This document shows positions 28,241-38,980 of a stretch of 55,791 nt of DNA, piece after piece. Below the pieces are notes generated by a model. The model was not told where the DNA came from and did no database searches. It saw only the letters and a list, made by a program, of their open reading frames with translations. The stretch's first letter is position 1. Every line of letters starts with the position of its first letter. This DNA comes from a virus (lineage: Duplodnaviria > Caudoviricetes). Position numbers and translations under genes: made by a program. The DNA is taken from positions 1-55,791 of IMG/VR virus record IMGVR_UViG_3300047476_001434; one strand, written 5' to 3'.

Positions 28241-30148
28241 TTACATTTTTTTACCAAATGCTGATGCGGGAACCGTCATTCCAGCGGGTGTTATCGATAA
28301 TGCTCCGACGGCAATTTGTACTTTACCGTTTTCACTTTCTTCTTTAGCCATTGCTTTCATTTGACCGAATTTTGATAATATGTCTAAATTTGGACTACCG
28401 TCAGGCATTGCACCTGTAGGAATACCAAGTTTTTGCATTTCCTCAATCGCACCTATAAAGGCTCTAGATTCTGAATATCCGTCTAAGATTTGTGATGCGA
28501 ATAGTAATGGTAATGGTATTTGAGAACCAAACCCTGAACCTGCAATTTTAAGTAACCATAATATTTCATCAATAACACTTTTACATTTCCTCCAATCGGT
28601 TATAAACTGTGCAATTGTTATTAACAACTGAATTAATTTTAAAATCATAATGACTCTTTTATCAGATTGTTCTTTGGCAATATCTGTAATGATTGATTGA
28701 ATCAAATTTCGAATATCTCTTTTAATAAGTTCAAAAAGTTCCTTAACAAATAAACCACCAACTTTTGATACTAAATTTATAACAAACTCCTTAAACGTTT
28801 TTGCAAATTCCATATACCCGTTTATGGTATCAACAAATTGTTTACCTAATGATTTTAACATTACAAAAATTGGTAATAATATTTTAGGTGATAATAATGA
28901 CGCGATTAATCCTTGAGCCATTAACTTAACAAAATTTAAATCAACCGCTGCTTTTATATTACCTTCTATTGCTAAACCGCTCCACGCTTCATTATTGACT
29001 AATGATTGGGTTAAAGCATCCGCGGCGTTAACTAAATCTTCATCAGGAACAAATAATAAATTTTCTAAAGATTCTAATATTGCGTCTGAATCAACAGGTA
29101 ATTTAACATCACCACAATTCTCATATTCAACGACACCATTTTTTAAATTATCAACTTTTAAATCAATATTACGTAAGTCAATTTCAGTAAATTCAAAGAA
29201 AGAATCATCAACACCATCAAGTTCAGCAATTTTTGCAATACCACTAACATCAATTTCAGTTTTGTTGTCAAAACAAAGACCTAAAATTCTTTGTAAAATT
29301 AATGCAAATTTACTAGCGTCTCCCGCTTGCGTTATCCCAACTTCGGCTTTAATAGATACCGCCCCTGTCAATGCCTCAAGTATCCAAGATAAAACATTAT
29401 TAAACTCAACAATTTTAATAGTTTTATAGTAATCAACTAAAAATTCACCAACTTTATTTATGTTGTTAAATCTATCATAAAGTGTTACTTTAAACCATGG
29501 ACCAGTTTGACCTAAATTATCTGTTTCAGTATATTGTATGTCAAATAAATCTTGTCCTGATTGACCTACATATAACTGACCATTATCAATTAAATAGGGT
29601 TGACCACTTTGTATCCTTTGATACAATTCTTTGTTCATCGAGAAAGGATACGTTTGAACTTGGATTGGGTCTTTTTCATATAATACTTTACCAGGTTGTT
29701 CAGACGGGTCTTTTTTCAGTAATCCCATAATGTCAATAGACGGGACTTTTATGTATAGGACTTGAGCATCAAAAGTTTGTTGTTGGTCACAACCAACTGC
29801 GGTTAAGCACTCTTCCAATAGAATTTCTTGGATTTTTGGTTCAACATTTTTTAACGCAGTAAGTAAAAGTTTTTTAACGTATTGTACACTATTACTACCT
29901 TTACCCCCTGTCAGATTATTAATATCTAACAGTTGCTCAAATTGATTTTTAACTTGTCTTTCAAAACTTTTGGTTTTCTCCTTTAACGAATTCAAGGATT
30001 CTGTTGTTTCCTTCTTAGCCTTTTCAAACGAATCACCAGCTCTTTTTTTGACTTTATCATAATCAGATTTAAGTTCCGTATAAGTTTTACTTGCGGTTAT
30101 CTTATCTTGAGCTTTTTTATAATCAGCATTTAAATCTATTGATGACAT
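28241..30148 (-). CDS. Hypothetical protein (635 aa, largely helical)
   Basis: Long ORF in an operon with the baseplate-like gene. Confidence 0.75.
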   Translation of the reverse strand: MSSIDLNADYKKAQDKITASKTYTELKSDYDKVKKRAGDSFEKAKKETTESLNSLKEKTKSFERQVKNQFEQLLDINNLTGGKGSNSVQYVKKLLLTALKNVEPKIQEILLEECLTAVGCDQQQTFDAQVLYIKVPSIDIMGLLKKDPSEQPGKVLYEKDPIQVQTYPFSMNKELYQRIQSGQPYLIDNGQLYVGQSGQDLFDIQYTETDNLGQTGPWFKVTLYDRFNNINKVGEFLVDYYKTIKIVEFNNVLSWILEALTGAVSIKAEVGITQAGDASKFALILQRILGLCFDNKTEIDVSGIAKIAELDGVDDSFFEFTEIDLRNIDLKVDNLKNGVVEYENCGDVKLPVDSDAILESLENLLFVPDEDLVNAADALTQSLVNNEAWSGLAIEGNIKAAVDLNFVKLMAQGLIASLLSPKILLPIFVMLKSLGKQFVDTINGYMEFAKTFKEFVINLVSKVGGLFVKELFELIKRDIRNLIQSIITDIAKEQSDKRVIMILKLIQLLITIAQFITDWRKCKSVIDEILWLLKIAGSGFGSQIPLPLLFASQILDGYSESRAFIGAIEEMQKLGIPTGAMPDGSPNLDILSKFGQMKAMAKEESENGKVQIAVGALSITPAGMTVPASAFGKKM

Positions 30149-30522
30149 TATTTTTTCATTTTGTAAGTATCGTCACTTTTTGAGATATCCTTTTCTAATA
30201 AATTTTGGATAATACCATCGTCAACATCTAAATCAGATATTGAAAAAGATTCTTTTGTGGAATTATTTTTTTCCCAAATATTAGCTTGTAATTTAGAAAG
30301 GGATAGTTTTTTCTCAACACAGTCGTTAATTATTTTTTGTTGTTTTTCAATAACAGGACCTATTAAAGTCATATCTTCAGGTTCTTTCATCATTGAAAGC
30401 ATTTTATTCTGAATTCTAATCGCAGTATTTCTTTGTTCTACAAGTTCGTTATAGATTTCCTGCATTAAGGATAAAATGGATTCCTTACTTAAATTTATTT
30501 CTTTTTTTGTTGGCCTGCCCAT
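30148..30522 (-). CDS. Hypothetical coiled-coil protein
   Basis: 124-aa ORF; minus-strand TATTTAT at 30527-30533. Confidence 0.7.
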   Translation of the reverse strand: MGRPTKKEINLSKESILSLMQEIYNELVEQRNTAIRIQNKMLSMMKEPEDMTLIGPVIEKQQKIINDCVEKKLSLSKLQANIWEKNNSTKESFSISDLDVDDGIIQNLLEKDISKSDDTYKMKK

Positions 30523-30549
30523 ATCAATAAATAGACTTTAGATTAATTT

Positions 30550-31299
30550 TTATTGTGCCATCTTATCAACTAAATTAAGATAGATGATTTTATATTTTTT
30601 CATGGAACTTCTAATTTCTTTAGTTGTTAAATTTGTCATTTCCCTTAATGATAGTAAAATAACATTCTTATTGAACTTGTTATTATTTGCACCAATAAAA
30701 ATATTTTCATAATTCTCAAATAAATCGTATAACGCGTGACCAAGTTTAAGTTCATTCTCATTTAAGTTTTCTTCCTTTAAAAAGGTATCTAACTCAAATA
30801 AAAGACCCTCAATAACTTTTGCAGAATCTGTTGAGTAGTCCTCAATTTCATATGAAAAGTTCTCATTGTTTTCTAAATCGGATGAAATATCTTCATATGA
30901 TATTTTACGATTAATTTCTTTTTGGTCTTTAATTATCTGTCCCATTAGATAATTTTTACAAATCGTACCAAAATAAGAGTATGCTTTCTTTTCTTTTGAG
31001 GGTTTAAATTTTTCAATTTTAGTCATCAAAAAAGAATGGGTATCGGTATGGATTTCATAAAAATCCATATCTTTACGATATAGTTTATATCTTCGTATTA
31101 TCGAAGATATCATTTTGTCTAAAGGTTTCCGTAAAAAATCATTATAAATCCTATTCCTTTCCTCAAAAGTCTCGGCGTTTAAAAAATCAATAACCGCCAA
31201 TTCTTCTCTGACATCAAAATAATTAGATTGTTTTGGTTTCCTTCCTTTTTTCTTTAATTCTACATCGGTACTTCCTGTTAGATTTAAAATTTCGTCCAT
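30550..31299 (-). CDS. Phage sigma factor (gp55-like late sigma)
   Basis: Sigma region 2-like KIEKFKPSKEKKAYSYFGTICKNYL, resembling the F(D/N)P..K..AF.YFT.I pattern. Confidence 0.6.
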   Translation of the reverse strand: MDEILNLTGSTDVELKKKGRKPKQSNYFDVREELAVIDFLNAETFEERNRIYNDFLRKPLDKMISSIIRRYKLYRKDMDFYEIHTDTHSFLMTKIEKFKPSKEKKAYSYFGTICKNYLMGQIIKDQKEINRKISYEDISSDLENNENFSYEIEDYSTDSAKVIEGLLFELDTFLKEENLNENELKLGHALYDLFENYENIFIGANNNKFNKNVILLSLREMTNLTTKEIRSSMKKYKIIYLNLVDKMAQ

Positions 31300-32102
31300 T
31301 AGACTGTTTGAGGTTCATATTTTATGGCTCTATCATTAATAAAAAAATATTCTTTTTTGGCCGAGTCAATCCAAAATCTTACCTCATCTTCATTAAGAAT
31401 GTCATCACCATTTTTATAATTCCAAAATATTGACCCTTCTCTTAAGTTAGTATGTTTATAACCAATTTTAGGTATCGTCATAAATTTAACTGAATTATGT
31501 GTCATTCTTAGAAAGAATTCATAACCAAAAGTTAATTTAAATGATGGTTTTAAAAGTCCAAAATTAATAAACGAATCTTTTTTAATAACCATTCCTGATA
31601 TTTGGAAGTTTTGGTATGTTTGTAACGTTTCATTAGTCAACACCCCCATTTCAGAACTAATGTTTAGTGCGAAGGTTGCTTCATTAGTGAAACCCGCGAA
31701 CTGTCCTTTTTCATCGGTGTCAACAACTAATGGTAAAAACGCATCAACATCGGGATATGATTCTGAATACTTACTAACATTATCAAACCAAATCTTAGAG
31801 TATTCGTCATCAAATTCAAAAATAGTAACCCATTTAGAAGATGCACTTCTAACTCCATGATTAACTTGCTCTGAAAAATTAGGTGTTTTTGTCCACGAGA
31901 TTTTATTAACTTTTAAATCACCAAAGTTAAAATTATTTAAATACTCAACAAGTTGAGTTTCGTCTGTATGAACAATGATAAGTTCATTAACAGGGGTGTT
32001 TTGAATTTTTAAAGATTCAATACATTTTTCAAAGTATTCCACAAACCCTCTACTTGAAGAAGATTTTATTGGTAATATTACTGATACATCAAATTTTTTC
32101 AT
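31299..32102 (-). CDS. Glycosyltransferase, GT2-like
   Basis: VSVILPI, ELIIVH, VNHGVRSASSKWVTIFEFDD. Confidence 0.75.
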   Translation of the reverse strand: MKKFDVSVILPIKSSSSRGFVEYFEKCIESLKIQNTPVNELIIVHTDETQLVEYLNNFNFGDLKVNKISWTKTPNFSEQVNHGVRSASSKWVTIFEFDDEYSKIWFDNVSKYSESYPDVDAFLPLVVDTDEKGQFAGFTNEATFALNISSEMGVLTNETLQTYQNFQISGMVIKKDSFINFGLLKPSFKLTFGYEFFLRMTHNSVKFMTIPKIGYKHTNLREGSIFWNYKNGDDILNEDEVRFWIDSAKKEYFFINDRAIKYEPQTV

Positions 32103-32114
32103 AGGTATAATTTT

Positions 32115-33179
32115 TTATTGTTCTGTTACTTGTAGTTTATCTAGTTGTTCTTCGAATGACACTAATCGTTTTTCTAAATATTCTGAAAATATCTCAACCG
32201 ATTCAGAATAAAAATCCTCTTTTGTTTTTAATTCATTTATAGTTTTTTCCATACCTTCAAATAGAGTTTGACTTAAATTATCTTCTAACCAATTTTGTAA
32301 GATATCAGCAATAAAATCTACAACGTTATTTTTATTATTAATCCAAATTCCGTTATCTTCATTTAACCAATGAGGTTGTAAGTTAGGTATTAAACCTAAT
32401 ACGGGGATACCTGTTTTCATAGACTCAAGAGGGAATGTACCATAACCACTTGTTTCATCTACCCAAACAGAAAGAAAACAATCTTTAAGTGAATTCGCAA
32501 ATTCGGATTGAGAAAGACCTCTCATATCTTTAAATGTTACCCATCGATACTGAGGGAATTTAATATAGAAATTTTTAATTATATTAGCAGTATCTCTCTG
32601 CTCTCTAGTGTGTATTGCAATAATTGGTTTAGATGGTAAAGTTTGTTTTGTAAAGTTGTCCGAAATAAATGGTGTTAAAACATCTATTGATAAACCTCTC
32701 ATGACGTTTGAGATATATTCCTTTTGGAAATCTGAAGTCGTAATACATTTAAAGAACCCTAATTGTTGCCATGTTTGACCTGGTTGCAATGTTTCTAACA
32801 TATGGTCATACGCTTGACATAAAACAATTTTACCACAAGGTAATTTAGTTATTTGACTCATTACAAAACCATATAGTTCAGGAATAACAATGAAATCTTC
32901 AGGGGACACCTCTAAATTTTGTCCCTCAATTGGTTTGTGAGGTAATTTTTCCATGAATTCTTTACCCATCCATTCAGAAACACCCGTATAATCAGGTTTT
33001 TCATGTAACATTATTGGATTATATCCATTATTATGTAATGCCATACCTAAATTATAGATGTATGAAATTGAAGCTTTAGCATTACCTTTAGTATCCTGTA
33101 CTAATAAATAAATTTTAGACTTTTTATTTTTTAAATTGTCAATCGATTTTTCTAATTTTGTTATTTGTTCCTGATTCAT
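32115..33179 (-). CDS. Glycosyltransferase, GT-B/GT4-like
   Basis: SGYGTFPLESMKTGIPVLG resembles E.FG.P.LEAM..G.PV. Confidence 0.7.
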   Translation of the reverse strand: MNQEQITKLEKSIDNLKNKKSKIYLLVQDTKGNAKASISYIYNLGMALHNNGYNPIMLHEKPDYTGVSEWMGKEFMEKLPHKPIEGQNLEVSPEDFIVIPELYGFVMSQITKLPCGKIVLCQAYDHMLETLQPGQTWQQLGFFKCITTSDFQKEYISNVMRGLSIDVLTPFISDNFTKQTLPSKPIIAIHTREQRDTANIIKNFYIKFPQYRWVTFKDMRGLSQSEFANSLKDCFLSVWVDETSGYGTFPLESMKTGIPVLGLIPNLQPHWLNEDNGIWINNKNNVVDFIADILQNWLEDNLSQTLFEGMEKTINELKTKEDFYSESVEIFSEYLEKRLVSFEEQLDKLQVTEQ

Positions 33180-33180
33180 A

Positions 33181-33450
33181 TTAATATTTGTTTAATAGCT
33201 TTTTATTTAATAAACTGTTGAAGGCGATTTTAAATGGTATTGATAATTCATTTGTCTTCATACCTAATGTCTCATCAACATCTTCAGATTCGGTTAATAA
33301 TACTTCAGATAAAGATTTAACCATCTCATATTTAACCACGCTTATATGATTTTCACTAGCCCCCGTAAAGTCTTTAGGCGGTTCTACAGTTGTATACTTC
33401 TCAATAGCGTCTAAATCAAGATAGTAATGTTCTCCTAAAATTTTTAACAT
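33181..33450 (-). CDS. Hypothetical protein
   Basis: 89-aa ORF coupled to neighbours. Confidence 0.65.
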   Translation of the reverse strand: MLKILGEHYYLDLDAIEKYTTVEPPKDFTGASENHISVVKYEMVKSLSEVLLTESEDVDETLGMKTNELSIPFKIAFNSLLNKKLLNKY

Positions 33451-34046
33451 TATATAAATTTTTTTAGTTCGTTTTCCATCTCTTTAATACTACTAATTGT
33501 ATTAGGGTGGTCAACATGTTTATTGTATTCCGTCTCAAATTTAATTAAAATTTTATCTGACGGGTAGTTTAATAATAATGATGGATTAGATGTAAGTAAA
33601 ATATCAATTTCATTCCACATAGAATTAATTGTGTAATTACTATAAAAAACCACCTTTTCTAATTGACATCCAAATTTAGATAAAAAGAATAACGACGCGG
33701 GTTTTGACCTACCAATTTCATCAGATACGATTACAAAATCATGATTGTCTCGTAAATTAATGTAAATATCATTTAGGTCGTTGAATGTGGTGTACTCGGT
33801 AGACTGTGAGTGACCAAAAATTTCCATAGGGAATTCTTCATACAAAAAGGAGAATAAATCTTCAGGTTCTTTAAATTTAAAATGGTTGATTAAATTTAAA
33901 GAAGTAACAGGTAGGTCCATTTCATATTTAAAATCATCATCGCTCTCGATACCATCTGTTTTTGATAATAAAAACTTTTCGTATGTTTGTTCTAATTTAC
34001 CAATAGTGTTTCTTAAAACTCCATTTATCTCAATACCAATTCTCAT
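33450..34046 (-). CDS. HAD/5'(3')-nucleotidase-like protein with a degenerate motif I
   Basis: MRIGIEINGVLRN versus the canonical IGIDIDGVL. Confidence 0.55.
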   Translation of the reverse strand: MRIGIEINGVLRNTIGKLEQTYEKFLLSKTDGIESDDDFKYEMDLPVTSLNLINHFKFKEPEDLFSFLYEEFPMEIFGHSQSTEYTTFNDLNDIYINLRDNHDFVIVSDEIGRSKPASLFFLSKFGCQLEKVVFYSNYTINSMWNEIDILLTSNPSLLLNYPSDKILIKFETEYNKHVDHPNTISSIKEMENELKKFI

Positions 34047-34049
34047 ATT

Positions 34050-34787
34050 TTATTTAATTTCTTCTTCGTATTTTTCTAATATCTTAGCAATTAATGGGTT
34101 ACGAACATTTTTAGCGTTTCTAAAATCATAAACTCCGATACCTTTTACGTTTTGGAATTTCTGTAACGCATCGTATAGACCCGATTGTTTTTTATCTTTA
34201 TATCTATCAGTTTGTTCTAAGTCACCCGAAATAAAGAATTTACTGTTATATCCAATTCTAGTCATTAACATTTTAATTTGATTAGGAGTGGCATTTTGAG
34301 CCTCTTCAAATACTAATATTGAATTGTCGATATTCATACCTCTCATGTACGCCAATGCGAACACCTCAATAATTTCCGCGTCTTTTAATTTTTCTCTAGC
34401 GTCTTTACCAATGATTTTATTCAATAAATAATATGATGGGAAAATATAAGGGTCTAATTTTTCCTCTAAATTACCAGGTAATGAACCTAATTTTTCTTCA
34501 GCTTCAACCGCTGGTCTAACAATTATTAATTTTTCATATGAATTATTTGAATCAAGTAATAAATCAACCGCTGCTTTCATGGATATATAAGATTTACCAA
34601 CACCTGCGGGACCCGAACAAATCGTTATTTCATTTTCTTTTAATATGTTATAATATTCTTCTTGATTGGTTGATAGGAATTTATTCTTTTGTTTTTTCTT
34701 AACAACTGAGTTTATAAAGTCTTTTCTCGAGAATGATTTTAATTCTGAATCATCGTTAACAGGAGATTGTTTTTTTCTTTGTGTCAT
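34050..34787 (-). CDS. phoH: PhoH-family ATPase
   Basis: GPAGVGKS, IIVRPAVEAEEKLGSLPG, AYMRG, EEAQN, SGDLEQTD. Confidence 0.93.
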   Translation of the reverse strand: MTQRKKQSPVNDDSELKSFSRKDFINSVVKKKQKNKFLSTNQEEYYNILKENEITICSGPAGVGKSYISMKAAVDLLLDSNNSYEKLIIVRPAVEAEEKLGSLPGNLEEKLDPYIFPSYYLLNKIIGKDAREKLKDAEIIEVFALAYMRGMNIDNSILVFEEAQNATPNQIKMLMTRIGYNSKFFISGDLEQTDRYKDKKQSGLYDALQKFQNVKGIGVYDFRNAKNVRNPLIAKILEKYEEEIK

Positions 34788-34860
34788 ATTTTAATTGTTT
34801 ATATCTAAAATATATTTTATTTATAAGAAATGTGAATGATAGTAATCACTATATAGTTAG

Positions 34861-36375
34861 TTACGCCAAAGGAACTAATTTATCCTTTAGTTTATCCGCA
34901 TTTTTTAGAAAGAGAGGTAGTAGGTTTCTAGTGTAATCTATGTTTAATTTATTTATCTTTTCATTATCTTCATTTCTGGTTTGAGATTCATAGTGATACG
35001 CCACACAATTACTACATGTAAAATTTTTAAAACCCTTCAATTGAGTTTGTACATTCAACTCAACATCCTCAAAACATGAAATATAATTTTCATTAAACAT
35101 ACCTGAATTAATGAATACATTTTTTCTAATCATTAACAGTGCCCCTGTGTTACCAAAAGACTCCTTGGTGTCGATATTATAGTTATAATAATTATAAATG
35201 TTGTGATGACCAACCCCCATGTTTCCATTTGAATTATGGACCCCCATAAAGACTCCGTCATGTTGTATAGTGTTATCGGAGAAATGTAATCTAGCACCAA
35301 CTGTACCACATCTGTGGTTTTCTTTAAAAGTCTTTAACATCCCATAAATAACGTTGTTTAGTATTTTAATATCGTTGTTACAAAATAACAAATACTCATA
35401 GTCGTCGTTTATATAATTTAAAACCACATCATTATTTATTTTAGCAAAATTGTAATAGTCGTATTCTATTAACTTAACATTACCTAATTTTAATATTTCA
35501 TCTTTAATCCATTTCTTCTCACTTTCACTTGACCCAGTATCGGCAATAAAAACATCGAACAGATTGGAGTTACAATGTTTGTATAATGAATCAACACAAT
35601 CAAATAACATCTCTACTTTACCTTTAGTTGGTATAATTACCGCGACTTTACCTATATTTTTTATTGGTTTTTCAGTAATTGTCGGAGCAAAAACATTTTC
35701 AGGTTTTAAATCTAACGGTAGATTACCTGACCATTTTTCTAAAAATTTTTCTTTTGAATTGTAAAATTCTTCATTAGGTTTACCGACCGATTCATGAGTA
35801 ATTTCAAAAGAAGAAGTAACCCCTATCTTTACACCATCTAAATAATTTGGTATTGAAAATCCGTGGTCATAAAAATGGAATTTACCAAAAGATTCATCGA
35901 ACTTATGTTTAATTTTTGTTTTATTAAATGAGATAAATAAACCATCAATTGTTACTACAGGTATTATAAATGGTAATTTTGGCGAATATTTACTCAACCA
36001 CTTTTTAGAATCTTTAGGGTGGTGATAAACTTGACCAACCATTGTTTGACGCATTTTTTCCCAATATACGCCAGACTCGGGAAAGTAACAAGACCCTGCC
36101 TTACCGATAATACCAAAATCAGGATTATTAGAAAAATCGTCTATTAATTTTTTACCCCAATTCTTTTCAAGTTTAATATCATTATGACAACAAACAATAA
36201 TGTCATTAACAGATTCTGAAATACCTCTATTGTAAATTTCAGATAATGAGTATTCATTATTATTTTGATATTCTAAAATTTGAATATCTTTTAAACCTGA
36301 TGTTTGTAACAAATGTGATTTAAATTTGTTATTATATTCGGTGTCTTTATGCGTTGAGTAAATTATAGTTATCAT
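34861..36375 (-). CDS. Two-domain GT2-type glycosyltransferase
   Basis: N-terminal YNRGI...CCHND; C-terminal VAVIIPTK, IADTGS, NFAKINN, LFCNND, FEDVEL. Confidence 0.85.
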   Translation of the reverse strand: MITIIYSTHKDTEYNNKFKSHLLQTSGLKDIQILEYQNNNEYSLSEIYNRGISESVNDIIVCCHNDIKLEKNWGKKLIDDFSNNPDFGIIGKAGSCYFPESGVYWEKMRQTMVGQVYHHPKDSKKWLSKYSPKLPFIIPVVTIDGLFISFNKTKIKHKFDESFGKFHFYDHGFSIPNYLDGVKIGVTSSFEITHESVGKPNEEFYNSKEKFLEKWSGNLPLDLKPENVFAPTITEKPIKNIGKVAVIIPTKGKVEMLFDCVDSLYKHCNSNLFDVFIADTGSSESEKKWIKDEILKLGNVKLIEYDYYNFAKINNDVVLNYINDDYEYLLFCNNDIKILNNVIYGMLKTFKENHRCGTVGARLHFSDNTIQHDGVFMGVHNSNGNMGVGHHNIYNYYNYNIDTKESFGNTGALLMIRKNVFINSGMFNENYISCFEDVELNVQTQLKGFKNFTCSNCVAYHYESQTRNEDNEKINKLNIDYTRNLLPLFLKNADKLKDKLVPLA

Positions 36376-37675
36376 GTAATTGATTGAATTTGTTTTTCAT
36401 TTCGTTGAAAAAGGGTGAAACCAAATTTTTATATGGATAGTTAGTGAAATCTTCATCAACAAACGTTGGTTTGGGTCCATGGAAATGTAAAATTTTAATA
36501 TCACTAAACGGACCCCAATATGGTTTATAATTAAACTTATAATTAAGCCTTTCGATTGATTTATTATAGAATAATTTATAAGCGTCTTGGTCGTATACGT
36601 TAAACTTTTTAAAATTTAATTTTATAAAACTAACAAAATCTTGATGGGTGTTTAATAGAAACCTCCAATTTAACCACATTACACCGCTATTCATATCCCA
36701 ATGTTTGCCAACTTTAGTGAATTCGCCAGCACACATAAAAGTTTCCGTTTTATTTTCAAATAACTCAGATACATCTGACATAAACATAACATCATTATCT
36801 GTGTATAATACGTGAGATTCTTCGATACCTAATTTTTCACATATTAATGGGATGTCTACCCTTAAAAACGCACCGTATGCAATTGTGTCATCTTTATAAT
36901 GGTTTTTTAAATCATCGTAAAAACTTACTCTATGACTAATAACTTCAACCCCAATATTAATTAATTCATTTATATTCTCATCAATCTCACCATCTAAAAT
37001 AAGAATCGGTTTAATAGATGGGTTAGTTGATTTTGCAGTTATTACCGCAACTTTATACATTTTAATGTACTTTAAATAACTTGTTTTATTGTGGTTGTTT
37101 AAACCTGTAAACCAATAAAGTTCATTTTTTATTTTTTTAAACCAAGAACCATCTTCAAAAGTCATATCAGGAACCCCTAATGAATCATTAACCGCAATTT
37201 TAACTCCACCAACATGAGGGTGTTTCTGAATAAAATCTTCGGTATGATAATCATGACCTGAAATTATTTTTTTAACCAATGGTTTCCAATGACGAATGTC
37301 CTCAGTAACACATTCGTATTTATGACACGCATCAATATAGACCATATCACATTCAATTGAATGGTCCGTGGAGTATCCTTTTATTTTTTCTATGTTGGGG
37401 TATTCAGATATACGTAGGTTAAATTGTTCTTCAACATCCACATAATTCGCATGACTTGCGGAGTCCGAATCATCAAAACCTCCCTCCCAAGAATCAATAC
37501 ATATTATTTTACCGTTTGGGAACTCTTGAGCGAATATCTCACTACTTTCACCAATGTAAGAACCTAACTCAACAATTGTTGGAGCATCCCCTAAATAACT
37601 TCTAACCTCATTACAAAAATCCCTCAATCCCCTTTCAAATGAGGACGGTCTCATAACAGTTTTTAAAATTTTCAT
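36347..37675 (-). CDS. Class I SAM methyltransferase fused to a GT8-like glycosyltransferase
   Basis: VELGSYIGES, YIDACHKYE, ISGHDY; then FLR, YTDNDV, NSGVM, YDQ, ILHFHGPKP. Confidence 0.8.
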   Translation of the reverse strand: MKILKTVMRPSSFERGLRDFCNEVRSYLGDAPTIVELGSYIGESSEIFAQEFPNGKIICIDSWEGGFDDSDSASHANYVDVEEQFNLRISEYPNIEKIKGYSTDHSIECDMVYIDACHKYECVTEDIRHWKPLVKKIISGHDYHTEDFIQKHPHVGGVKIAVNDSLGVPDMTFEDGSWFKKIKNELYWFTGLNNHNKTSYLKYIKMYKVAVITAKSTNPSIKPILILDGEIDENINELINIGVEVISHRVSFYDDLKNHYKDDTIAYGAFLRVDIPLICEKLGIEESHVLYTDNDVMFMSDVSELFENKTETFMCAGEFTKVGKHWDMNSGVMWLNWRFLLNTHQDFVSFIKLNFKKFNVYDQDAYKLFYNKSIERLNYKFNYKPYWGPFSDIKILHFHGPKPTFVDEDFTNYPYKNLVSPFFNEMKNKFNQLHDNYNLLNA

Positions 37676-38268
37676 ATTCCAGTTGAGCCGAATCCTTTAT
37701 CTCCTCGGTCTTTTTCTTTTATTTTTGTTTTTTGGGTTAAATTAACCCACTTACCATTAACAACAGGGCACAAGACCGCTTGAGCAATTTTCATACCTTT
37801 ACTGATTAAAACCGAGTTATTATTAGTATTAAATACTATAACTTGTATTTCACCCGTATACCCATTATCAACAGTACCTGGTGAATTTAACACCATTAAA
37901 CCTTGTTTTAAAGCTAAACCACTTTTTGACCTAACTTGGATTTCGTACCCATCCTTAATGTCTAATGAAATCCCCGTTGGTATTAGTTGTCTACCAAATG
38001 GAGGTATTTCAGTCTCAATAACTGAATGTAAATCAAACCCTGAATCACTAAGGTGATTATACATTGGTGTTACCGCATCAGAATGAAGCTTAATAAACCC
38101 TAAGTCTAATTTAGGATTATAATTTTTAATATCGTCCTCTAAACTTTTAACATCAACTCCGAAATCATTCATTATCATATCGTAATCAATATCATCATTA
38201 TTATTATCAAGCATAGACTGTAATTTTTTAGCATACTCGCTTAGGTCATCTAAATTATTTATATCCAT
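37672..38268 (-). CDS. dut: dUTPase (trimeric)
   Basis: SGFDL, RSKSGLA, NSPGTVDNGYTGEI, KIAQ, RGDKGFGSTG. Confidence 0.95.
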   Translation of the reverse strand: MDINNLDDLSEYAKKLQSMLDNNNDDIDYDMIMNDFGVDVKSLEDDIKNYNPKLDLGFIKLHSDAVTPMYNHLSDSGFDLHSVIETEIPPFGRQLIPTGISLDIKDGYEIQVRSKSGLALKQGLMVLNSPGTVDNGYTGEIQVIVFNTNNNSVLISKGMKIAQAVLCPVVNGKWVNLTQKTKIKEKDRGDKGFGSTGI

Positions 38269-38978
38269 TATTCTAAAGATTTTAATTTTTTAACTATATC
38301 AACAAGTACTAATACATCTTTTTCACAATATTCCGAAATCTCGGTAATTGCTTGGTTATCCCAATATGCTGAATGAACTTTATCACCTGTCACTTCACCA
38401 TCTTTAGGTGTTGGTATTTCTAAACAAGAACATAATAAATCCAATGACCCTATTGAAGTGTATGAACCATATTGCCAAATTTCTTTGGTATCTATAGCTT
38501 TAACCTCCCAAGGTTTAGTATTGTAATCTGGTAGTATCTTAGACGGTAAAATTCCGTTTATCATCATTCTTTTTGCCAACATAGGAATATCAAAATTCTT
38601 TAAGTTATGACCACATAGGTAAAAGTCTAACTTATGACATCTATCCAATAGGTTTCTAACTTGTAATAAAATTTCCTTTTCATTATCACCTGAAAAAGTT
38701 TGTTTTTTAATTTCTCCTTTATCCATAACAAACGCCATAGATACACAAACAATTTTTGCAAATTCAGGAACTAAAGCGGCTCTTCGTTTAAACATAAAGT
38801 TTTTCGCGTCAATATCTACATTCGCATCTTCAGGAAATCTTTTTTGGAACCAATCAAAATATTTATGGAACTGCTCAGCGATTTCAGGACTAAACTTTTC
38901 ACAAGAATCTAGGTCGGGACATGAACCGACAGTCTCAATATCAAGGAATAAAATTTTGGTAATTGGAATGTTAATCAT
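38268..38978 (-). CDS. Stand-alone 3'-5' exonuclease (PolB-like DEDD)
   Basis: FLDIET, GHNLKNFDIP, YCEKDV. Confidence 0.88.
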   Translation of the reverse strand: MINIPITKILFLDIETVGSCPDLDSCEKFSPEIAEQFHKYFDWFQKRFPEDANVDIDAKNFMFKRRAALVPEFAKIVCVSMAFVMDKGEIKKQTFSGDNEKEILLQVRNLLDRCHKLDFYLCGHNLKNFDIPMLAKRMMINGILPSKILPDYNTKPWEVKAIDTKEIWQYGSYTSIGSLDLLCSCLEIPTPKDGEVTGDKVHSAYWDNQAITEISEYCEKDVLVLVDIVKKLKSLE

Positions 38979-38980
38979 AA

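Noticed and set aside
34050-38268. phoH and dut as novel auxiliary genes
   Set aside because: Both are common in large phages.
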